Positions 34,701-40,907 of a DNA stretch of 64,000 bases are shown piece by piece (the stretch's first letter is position 1; each line of letters opens with the position of its first letter). The notes below the pieces were generated by a model. That model saw only the letters and a program-made list of their open reading frames with translations. It had not been told where the DNA came from and did no database searches. The stretch spans positions 224 through 64,223 of the forward strand of contig JAISUX010000033.1 in NCBI GenBank assembly GCA_031271805.1. The letters run 5' to 3'. Made by a program: the position numbers and the translations under genes. The stretch is from Tannerella sp. (GTDB taxonomy: Bacteria > Bacteroidota > Bacteroidia > Bacteroidales > Tannerellaceae).

Positions 34701-36415
34701 GCCGTCATAGGCGTCTGCGACAGCGAAGCCGCAAAGACCGGCGCAACAACCTTCACCGTATCCCGAAACGTCTCCGTAACAGTGCAAAACGAACCGTCGG
34801 CAAGCAGGTATTTGTACGTCAGCGTCAGCGCTACAGGCTTGCTGCCGGTCGAAGAATATATCTTCGAAGGCGCCGCATCGGTCGAAGTTGTTCCGTCGGC
34901 AAACGCCCATTCCTGCGTCAGCGTCGAGTGGTCGTGAGACGGCGTAATCGTAGGCGTGAAGCCGTAAGTCAAGGCCTGCATCGCGGTATATTCGCTTTTC
35001 ACCGGCGTATGCGTTATCGTCGCGTCAATAACCGGCTTCAGCTTGCCGTCCAACTCCGAATAGATAGCGCTCAAGCCCTGGGGCGTCACCGCTGTCGAAC
35101 TCTTGAACGTCCGCCCGGCAGGATCCGAGGCGAAACTGCCTGAATAGGTTATCACTACCTCTCCATCCTTGTGAAACGCCAATTTGTATTCCGTCACTTT
35201 GCGCCCGTCGGAAGTCACGCTGTTAGTGATACTCGACATCGTGCCGATGCCCGTACCTGTAAACGTAGGATTGCCGGAAGGAGTAAAGCCCGCAGGCATG
35301 GTGTCGCGAACGGTAATATCGCTGATTTCCAGAGAGGAAAGGTAAACAACGTGCGTCGAAATCTTTGTACTTTCCTTAGTATTGGAACAATCGTCGGAAG
35401 TCTGGAAAGCAAGAAAATCCCCAGCACCCGGAGTGCGGATTATAACGTCGCGAACCTCGTGTATTGCCTTTTGACCGCCTGTTACAGCGGCAAAACCGAG
35501 TTTCAACAACGATGGTGCTGCGTCAGGAAGAATTACAGGCCCTATAATTTTTGTAAAAGCGCCAGAAGCATTTGTTTTCAGATATACCGTAATTTCCATT
35601 CCCGAAGGCGAAACAGGCGCCATTTCGATCTTGACGCGGCGGTAAATCTGAGCGTCGGTAGGACGGGTAGCCGTAGCCGTATTCCAAGAAAGCAGCGTCT
35701 GTGTCCCCAAACTGTCAAGCGTGCCTGCTACATAATGCGAATTTTTATCACGAATTGCAATAGCTTGCGTCCTATAGCCGGGACCTATATCGCCCGGTAA
35801 TAATGTTACAGTTTCCGTATTTGGGGGATAGCCAATTGTAGCACTCCCATAAGACCTGGAAAAATTACCAAACTCATCAATTCCTACGCCTACATAACCG
35901 AGTGGTTGCCCCAGATAACCTAATCCCCCGCCGACAGCCCCGATTTTGAAAGGGTTTGTAGATGTTCCGTCATACAGGAATATGGAAAAACCGTCAGCCG
36001 GTTTCCAGGTTGGTTGACCCAAAGTTTGCATCCAAATCTTAAAATCAAATTCGATTGTAACCGGCATTGACGACGGGAAGGTTTTATCAAGCAATACCCA
36101 TCCACTTTTAGCTGTAGAGTCAGGTGTCAATCTCAACCATCCGTCGCCGACAGCATCGGGACCGGAAGCGAGATTGGCGGTATAACCCGGCGCGTTGCCA
36201 TAATACGAGAAGACGCCGGTTTTATTTCTACATGTTTCATTGTAATAGAATTGCGCCTTAGCTGTTGTTATTCCCGTTATCAGCAGCGCCACGACCGCCG
36301 CCGCCCTGAATGCTTTCCGCACACATTCCATATTCGATTCGGCGTTTGTTCCCGCCCTCCCGGTAGCGTACTCACCTTCCGCTAAACCGAAAATATTTAA
36401 AAAATCATTTTTCAT
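28775..36415 (-). CDS. 2546-aa modular surface protein: L-type lectin-like, DUF11-like, about 6 PKD-like, about 8 InlB B-type repeats, beta-helix/choice-of-anchor Q, T9SS-type tail
   Basis: WLRLT...ADGFSIFL...GIDEFGNF (lectin); DT(M/L)PAG; W(T/S/A)F...G.K.V.L repeats; GY.F.GW repeats; GDGSSWGSAF...GDYIWVTAGTY; DLSGRAR...DMGAYE; WIYTMTG...LPRGVYII tail. Confidence 0.85.
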   Translation of the reverse strand: MKNDFLNIFGLAEGEYATGRAGTNAESNMECVRKAFRAAAVVALLITGITTAKAQFYYNETCRNKTGVFSYYGNAPGYTANLASGPDAVGDGWLRLTPDSTAKSGWVLLDKTFPSSMPVTIEFDFKIWMQTLGQPTWKPADGFSIFLYDGTSTNPFKIGAVGGGLGYLGQPLGYVGVGIDEFGNFSRSYGSATIGYPPNTETVTLLPGDIGPGYRTQAIAIRDKNSHYVAGTLDSLGTQTLLSWNTATATRPTDAQIYRRVKIEMAPVSPSGMEITVYLKTNASGAFTKIIGPVILPDAAPSLLKLGFAAVTGGQKAIHEVRDVIIRTPGAGDFLAFQTSDDCSNTKESTKISTHVVYLSSLEISDITVRDTMPAGFTPSGNPTFTGTGIGTMSSITNSVTSDGRKVTEYKLAFHKDGEVVITYSGSFASDPAGRTFKSSTAVTPQGLSAIYSELDGKLKPVIDATITHTPVKSEYTAMQALTYGFTPTITPSHDHSTLTQEWAFADGTTSTDAAPSKIYSSTGSKPVALTLTYKYLLADGSFCTVTETFRDTVKVVAPVFAASLSQTPMTAQDVGEEFDFDVTHSTVTGYTPSYAWTFPAGAAPSSSTVKSPSITWYQSGNKSVTLKLTYTATADNTLKFDTTLTLTTSVTAPHYGAAITPAEPVTIIKGTTKAFAVTHTTPPPWYVASYAWTFPTGADVMVGGSPTGTTTSASQTPTALFMDEGNKSVNLTLTYADSGAGSSFDTIMTRQVTVVKPVFGGGSSGSGKGYIEMDGSDITSGGASLAAGDAGTFSFAAASFLASSSYATELTREVAWTFSDGALPASSTSSSESVKWYADGNKTVTLTLRYKSQGIVVADTTITATVAVAKPVFGGWTEMNGTATGGSGVSLNQVETGTFAVYHSAVPSGFTASYQWSFTDGTPASSTASSASVKWLTTGSKSASVKITYLAADNTKYDTTLVIPATIKPLIFGASVSLTPSGSVDAGTSTAYSYTGGSAANVTTRQLWSFGGGAFPSSSTTVSGSTAWYGVGAKTVSLTISYYDGTTLVSDTTITISIAVHAATVSPGGGSSAGTSTAKWATLNGTESDGSASSRPPVYTLDTLIYYIRIINDSPLNGTVDVIDTLPAGLATPVDISDNGVYNQYTRVMKWTALPVAVNGGTKTVSFRTSSASGAATSGSLYDNRALVILDDGARSRYTGVIYHRAAAFTVTFVSAAGGSLTGVTTQQVDYGQYPTAGVQAVADPGYTFAGWKREAYTTRRGEAVAAVTGLTDYTSQAVLGDFTLRALFTANIYSIGYSGVTASDTAGMSLPLSYTVLSPALSIGSPSRRGYTFTGWAGSNGATPQTTVVIPSGSIGNKSYTASWSRNQYTISYSLGGGSFAAFPAVYPSSYNVDTTAITLPVPIRHGYTLSYWRFTSSVTGVTIADGNVIPSGTIGNITATAVWSLNTYSITYTGDWDIAAVGNPSSYTVESGEILLNAPKRTAAYLFAGWDITSSEDCGPWHGVTAIPSGIYGDLTVKAKWSEVDFSIIYDYAGGTASSLGANPHEYDNSMLPVNITYDPSRTGYDFVKWQFESSLTGVLSSAPARQIPTSTVGNIKATAIWQAINYNVTYATAAFGGATNPNSSLTSYNISTSAQALTDPSRTGYDFLGWNVKVVSRGPAVSYSLTHDIPANCYGDVDITPVWKIKDYTITYDYGPGGVGNATANPVTYTYETAAITLNSPSREYYDFVEWTFTTSEGVAPVNGNVIPNHSTGNITATAVWTPSVYTITYFNPDGTPMGGMTPVSYTVVTPTFTLPAPTPPAGKVFVGWSANYFTGYDTAVTLPAAGHIDNLAFTAHWAFDFNDDPAFLVGGGSGLYPTVFQCNPYFILNAGNDALSYRWLLPDGSFSNNSTLSAPISGVYVIEINYGSVLYRDTAEVLYAFDDATILYNISSEPPKVGYPQTFTVHINPLVRAFTTLTWSAVGGTSDICTPLGLASGSNGDTLRITYSSAGSYNVGIALASTYGGINCSTSLSAPVSIRVANSGYFVDANAPAGGDGSSWGSAFSSLQDALNVATKGDYIWVTAGTYSPAPGTSFTLPSDLIEVYGGFSGAETSLDQRDIVNNRTVLQGNGASVILNNGINDVRWDGFTIEGGESSNGGGVQNIGSTVVIANCIIRDNTAVNGGGVAASGGSVSVYNTEISGNTASSLGGGMYYSDGATGVMTNITVAGNLGGGIATSGSASPLFRNSIIADNRGGRSVTGSGATFTYSLVEGSGGSSNWNSIYGINGGMNIDTNPFFVRSGIDANGNIQRGDYRIRPEEGAGRPFNGGSDLLLIVGRHATTMPLYLPDRSNDSYFSDVIEYDLSGRARRYGNRVDMGAYEADPNCMGDIDDNDGDYQINRRIFINPTEGIETNPLFGEVYILSHTDFSLTIAALPGYSLENLTVTTGSAYYDLSGNIEWSRRDADTAVIVFHQVTHSLDIRFGGINPTGQNGQNSFSTKVYAFHNKLYLKVVNPVTVWIYTMTGLLLCEIQVADNEEITLPRGVYIIRSSDGKITKVALN
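30890..32790 (-). repeat. About 8 degenerate Listeria-Bacteroides (InlB B) repeat domains, protein level
   Basis: GYTFAGW, GYTFTGW, GYTLSYW, AYLFAGW, GYDFVKW, GYDFLGW, YYDFVEW and GKVFVGW at roughly 75-80 aa spacing; boundaries approximate. Confidence 0.75.
33240..35030 (-). repeat. About 6 degenerate PKD-like Ig domains, protein level
   Basis: Recurring WAFADG/WTFPAG/WTFPTG/WTFSDG/WSFTDG/WSFGGG followed by G(N/S/A)K...Y; boundaries approximate. Confidence 0.7.
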
Positions 36416-36798
36416 TTCGTTAAAAATTATATTTGTTTCTTATATCCCGACTGTTAAATTGTATATACGAAATTTAAATATCATTTAATATTTAGCTCAT
36501 AAACCCACCTGCTTTCGCCGGTTCTGTTTTATGGAGCAAAATTATACAAAATTCTAAGGAGAGAACAAATATTTTATTTACGAAATCTGACAAGACTAAG
36601 TTAATCTACGTTAATTTTTATCCATTTTTGAAACAGGCATTTTGAAAATTTACGGAAAATGACAAAAAAATCCGGAAAATATCCAAAAACGATAATTTTA
36701 ATTTGTTGAGAATCAAAATTAGATAAAAAGAAAAAGTGGTATTGGAGGGAAATTTGCGGCTCTTATTTTTACTAAATTTAACAATCAAACAGCGCGTC

Positions 36799-36830
36799 AA
36801 ATCTAAAATCTGAAATCTAAAATCTAAAAT
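36799..36830. repeat. Heptamer tandem repeat (A/G)AAATCT, about 4.5 copies, overlapping the kinase stop codon
   Basis: AAATCT AAAATCT GAAATCT AAAATCT AAAAT. Confidence 0.8.
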
Positions 36831-38152
36831 ATCATCGGCAAGGTTAACTGAAAGACTGTCAGACCGTTAGCGGTTGTAAAATGTTGTAATTTGCCGTTGT
36901 GGAGGCGCATGATGTAGCGCGATACACTTAGGCCGATGCCGGAACCGTCGGACTTTGTTGTAAAAAAAGGGACGAAAATATGCGGCAATATATCGGGCGA
37001 AATAGGCGAGCCGTTGTTGGCGACTTCGACCGTGATGACATCTGCATCTTTATGAACTGCAATCGTAATACACTTACAATCAGATACTTCTATGGCATTT
37101 TTTAAGAGATTGACTATTACTTGGCGGATAAGATTTTCGTCGGCATTAACAAAAACGGCATCCTCATTAGTCGTGACAAGGCACTCCTGACCTTTGTCGC
37201 GAAGCATCTGCTCATGCAATTTGACAACCTGTTCGACAAGAGCCGGCATGTCGAAAGGCTCTTTTTTCGGATTAGGTACGGATGTGAATTTACGGTACGA
37301 TTCGACAAACGACAGCAAGCCGGTGGCGGTACTGTTGATTGTTTCGAAAGCGAGCCGTATTTCATCAACAGGTAGAGACGGGGCTCGCCCCGTCTCTACA
37401 AGAGTATTCATCATCGTTTCGCTAAGCGAGGTAACGGGCGCTATGGAGTTCATGATTTCGTGCGTCATCACTCGAATAAGGCGAATCCACGATTCCATTT
37501 CCTTCATTTCCAGCTCGTTACCAATATTATTCAAGGTCATCACACGCATCATACCGCGTTTGAGACTGATTTGCGACACGCGCAGACTAACCGGAAATTC
37601 TTCGCGCTCGGTCGTCAGCGCAAGTTGGCAACTGTCGCCCACCTTGAGGTTGCGGAATAATTCCGGATAGGATTCATCCACTGCCTGCAACTGATTGAGA
37701 TGCGTTAATCGCCTCAGACCAAGCATTTCCATCGCCGTACGGTTCACCTTATGCACTATCCCGCCTGCATCGACGATAATAATACCGGTTGAAACGCTTT
37801 CGAGAATGATACTCAAAAAATGCTCATTCTCAATCACTTCCTTACGGGCAAGTTCAAGAATTTCCTTGATGCGGTTGAACGTGCTATTCATCTCTCTTTC
37901 GCGAGCCGAAAGGCGTTTCTCCGAAAAACGATAAGTATAATCGCCGTTCTCAAGCGCGTTGAGCAGGAAAATAATGTTCTTATTATAACCGTCGTAGCAT
38001 GTTTTAAGTCGTCTCAAACACAAGGCTATCACTAAAACAACAGGCGCAGCAAAAATATAATGTCCATTCGTCAGCAACCACGTCATAGCCGCTACCGCCG
38101 CAATCAGCAGCAGGGTGTAGATATACAGTTGATATTGAATGGATTTGAACAT
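36824..38152 (-). CDS. Sensor histidine kinase (NtrY/NtrB-like, PAS-containing)
   Basis: Two N-terminal TMs; THEIMNS H-box; NLLKNA; FFTTK...GSGIGL. Confidence 0.93.
   Translation of the reverse strand: MFKSIQYQLYIYTLLLIAAVAAMTWLLTNGHYIFAAPVVLVIALCLRRLKTCYDGYNKNIIFLLNALENGDYTYRFSEKRLSAREREMNSTFNRIKEILELARKEVIENEHFLSIILESVSTGIIIVDAGGIVHKVNRTAMEMLGLRRLTHLNQLQAVDESYPELFRNLKVGDSCQLALTTEREEFPVSLRVSQISLKRGMMRVMTLNNIGNELEMKEMESWIRLIRVMTHEIMNSIAPVTSLSETMMNTLVETGRAPSLPVDEIRLAFETINSTATGLLSFVESYRKFTSVPNPKKEPFDMPALVEQVVKLHEQMLRDKGQECLVTTNEDAVFVNADENLIRQVIVNLLKNAIEVSDCKCITIAVHKDADVITVEVANNGSPISPDILPHIFVPFFTTKSDGSGIGLSVSRYIMRLHNGKLQHFTTANGLTVFQLTLPMIF
37372..37399. repeat. GTAG-tagged REP-like palindrome, in-frame inside the kinase
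   Basis: GTAGAGACGGGGC-TC-GCCCCGTCTCTAC, a perfect 13-bp inverted repeat, read as VETGRAPSL. Confidence 0.85.
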
Positions 38153-38158
38153 GAAAAA

Positions 38159-39364
38159 TCACTTCCCTACGGCATATTTTCCTTGAACTTTGATGCTTTC
38201 GCCTTTGTCTCCGAATAGTTTTGCGGTTACAATCGTTGTCGAATCAACTGTGAAAGCGCCGTTATAAAGAGAGGATTGACGTGTAGGAACACTTCCGTCC
38301 ACCGTATAACGAATCTCACCCTTAACGCCTACAGGCGCCTTAATACGAACTTCAACAGGCTGTTTATAAGCCGAATCGACTAAAGGACCGCGGAATGTCT
38401 TTGTCTCAAACGAAGGCGGAGGCAGTATCTCGACCATCTCCCAGATGTTTTCCGGCTCATCAAAACCTTCAAAAGCCGCTTTAACAGGACGACCTACCCA
38501 CACTTGCGGCGCCTTTACCCCCAATGCAAAAGCCACATCGGCAGCCACATCAAAACGGTATATCTGCTGGCGGATCTCATAACCTTTCTTTATGCCCTTA
38601 CCATAATAGATGATAGGAGTAGTCAACTCTTCATAAGTATTTCCGCCATGACCGCGTAAGATTCCGCCGTGATCGGAGACAATCATCACCATCGTAGAAC
38701 CTTCGATGCCTGCTTCACGGATAGCATCAAGAATCATTTTTATCTGATTATCAACCGCTTGAATACTCTTGAGATATGCTTCCGACATGTGTCCGTCGCT
38801 ATGTCCGTAGTGATCGACATCATCTAACTGAATAAACAGAAAATCAGGCTTTTTGTCTTTTATATACTCAGCCGTCTTTTCAGTTGTCACTAAAGCGGAA
38901 TTGTAGGTTTCCGACAGGTTCAATACCTCCTTGTCGAGGATGCTGCCGAAATCATCCCAATGATAAATTGAACCTAACTCAGCATCAGGTCGTTGCTGCC
39001 GTATGACGTAAAAAATATTAGGAAACGACTGATTATCAGTCATCGCCACCGGCACAAGGTCGTACTTATCCCTGTACCATCCGTTGGATGTACATCCTGT
39101 AATATCCGGACCGGCGCCGCAAAGCATGGCGTTCCAGTTGGGTTTACTCACGGTCGGCAATACACAACGCACCTTAAAACTGTAGGCGCCGTTTGCCATC
39201 ATGTTGTCCATCGTCGGCGTATTGGCTTCGCGAAGTCCTTGACTGCTAAGCCCGTCAAGACCAATGACGATCACATGCTCAATACCCTTCGGCGCTTTTT
39301 CACTCTGCCCGCAACAAGAGGCGAGCATAATTACACTGCTAAAAAAAAGAATTGTTTTTTTCAT
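38159..39364 (-). CDS. Alkaline phosphatase/NPP-superfamily lipoprotein with C-terminal Fn3-associated (chitobiase-like) domain
   Basis: Lipobox LASC; GLDG, PTVSKPNW, DDVDHYGH and SDHGG; C-terminal RYTVDGSVPT. Confidence 0.85.
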   Translation of the reverse strand: MKKTILFFSSVIMLASCCGQSEKAPKGIEHVIVIGLDGLSSQGLREANTPTMDNMMANGAYSFKVRCVLPTVSKPNWNAMLCGAGPDITGCTSNGWYRDKYDLVPVAMTDNQSFPNIFYVIRQQRPDAELGSIYHWDDFGSILDKEVLNLSETYNSALVTTEKTAEYIKDKKPDFLFIQLDDVDHYGHSDGHMSEAYLKSIQAVDNQIKMILDAIREAGIEGSTMVMIVSDHGGILRGHGGNTYEELTTPIIYYGKGIKKGYEIRQQIYRFDVAADVAFALGVKAPQVWVGRPVKAAFEGFDEPENIWEMVEILPPPSFETKTFRGPLVDSAYKQPVEVRIKAPVGVKGEIRYTVDGSVPTRQSSLYNGAFTVDSTTIVTAKLFGDKGESIKVQGKYAVGK

Positions 39365-39396
39365 ATAAGTTCGAATTATTTATTTTATTGACACTG

Positions 39397-39404
39397 CAAA
39401 ATTA
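39397..39404 (-). promoter_or_regulatory. Internal -7 promoter box upstream of the phosphatase
   Basis: TAATTTTG followed by CA, about 33 nt before the ATG, within the regulator-phosphatase gap. Confidence 0.55.
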
Positions 39405-39416
39405 AACATTTTTTTC

Positions 39417-40778
39417 CTATAACCCAAATTTTTTCATCTTGCTATACAACGTTGGACGAGAGATGCCGATTTCGTTGGAGACAATGGACAAATTTCCTTT
39501 ATGGCGTTTTAATGCGCTTATTATCAACGATCTTTCGGCGTCTTCAAGGGTGATAATTTTCGTAACATCCTGAGCGGCGATCTTGTTGAGCATGAAATCA
39601 TCTGCCTGGATAACAGCGCTTTCGCACAAGATAACGGCCTTTTCGATAGCATGTTGCAGTTCGCGTATATTGCCGGGAAAAGGATAGGATTGCAATTTGA
39701 CAATGGCCTCGGGCGCAAGCGACAGACCGTCTTTGTGGTATTTGCGGGCATATTTCTGTAGAAAAAAATCAGCCAACAGGGGAATATCGGCGACGCGCGA
39801 ACGCAAGGGCGGAATTTCCAACTGTATAGTATTGATACGGTAAAGCAGGTCTTCACGAAACGTCCCGCTCAAGACCATTTCCGGCAAATTACGGTTTGTA
39901 GCGCAGAGCAGGCGGATGTCAACAGATATCGGCGTATTGTCTCCGACACGAATTATATGCCTCGACTGCAGCGCGTTAAGCAGTTTGGCCTGCAACGGCA
40001 GCGACAGGTTGCCGATCTCGTCGAGAAACAGCGTGCCTCCATTAGCCGCCTCAAACTTGCCTGTGCGGTCGGTATGCGCATCGGTAAAAGCTCCGCGCAC
40101 GTGACCGAACAGCTCGCTCTCAAACAGCGTCTCGGTAATGGCGCCCATGTCAACCGTTATCAGAACCTCGTTTTTGCGAGCCGAGAGGCGGTGTATTTCA
40201 CGGGCTACAACCTCTTTGCCGGTACCGTTCTCGCCGGTAATCAGGATGTTGGTATCGGTAGCGGCGATTTTTTCGACCATACGCCACAACTCAGACATCT
40301 CAGGCGATACACCGCGACAGAGAGCCGTTTCACGGTTTAGTTCGCCGGTCAGAACAGTCTGTTTATCACGCAGTCGCCTCACTTCCTTGCGCGATTCCCT
40401 CAGATTATAAGCCGATTGCAGCGTTGCCACCAAACGCGAATTATCCCACGGCTTAACTACAAAATCGCTCGCCCCCATCTTCAAAGCCTTGACTGCCAAG
40501 TCAATATCCGCATAAGCAGTAAACAGCACCACCGGCAGTTCGGGATCGAATTTCTTTATTTCCGAGAGCCAGTACAAGCCCTCATTGCCCGAATTGATGC
40601 CGGCCGAGAAATTCATGTCGAGCAACGCCACATCGGGAATCTCTTCACGTAACACCGCAGGAATTTGAGAGGGTGACGACAGCATCGTAACCTTCTCAAA
40701 ATAAGACATTAACAAGATACGCAAGGCCGTCAGTACGTTTTTGTTATCGTCAACAATGAGTATCGAACCTTTTTTCAT
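39417..40778 (-). CDS. Sigma-54-dependent response regulator (NtrC family)
   Basis: ILIVDD receiver domain; GENGTGKE; GAFTDA; FREDLLYR; C-terminal HTH (GISRPTLY). Confidence 0.95.
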   Translation of the reverse strand: MKKGSILIVDDNKNVLTALRILLMSYFEKVTMLSSPSQIPAVLREEIPDVALLDMNFSAGINSGNEGLYWLSEIKKFDPELPVVLFTAYADIDLAVKALKMGASDFVVKPWDNSRLVATLQSAYNLRESRKEVRRLRDKQTVLTGELNRETALCRGVSPEMSELWRMVEKIAATDTNILITGENGTGKEVVAREIHRLSARKNEVLITVDMGAITETLFESELFGHVRGAFTDAHTDRTGKFEAANGGTLFLDEIGNLSLPLQAKLLNALQSRHIIRVGDNTPISVDIRLLCATNRNLPEMVLSGTFREDLLYRINTIQLEIPPLRSRVADIPLLADFFLQKYARKYHKDGLSLAPEAIVKLQSYPFPGNIRELQHAIEKAVILCESAVIQADDFMLNKIAAQDVTKIITLEDAERSLIISALKRHKGNLSIVSNEIGISRPTLYSKMKKFGL

Positions 40779-40870
40779 AATTATTTGTTTACCGGCCACA
40801 AAAATAAGAAATTAAACCGGCTTTTCCGCATTTACAACCGTTTTATTTTCCATATATGTCAAAAAAATCG

Positions 40871-40878
40871 TACTTTTG
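40871..40878 (+). promoter_or_regulatory. -7 promoter box upstream of leuS
   Basis: TACTTTTG about 30 nt before the ATG. Confidence 0.55.
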
Positions 40879-40907
40879 TGGTCTTTTTGAGACTATAATT
40901 TAACAAT

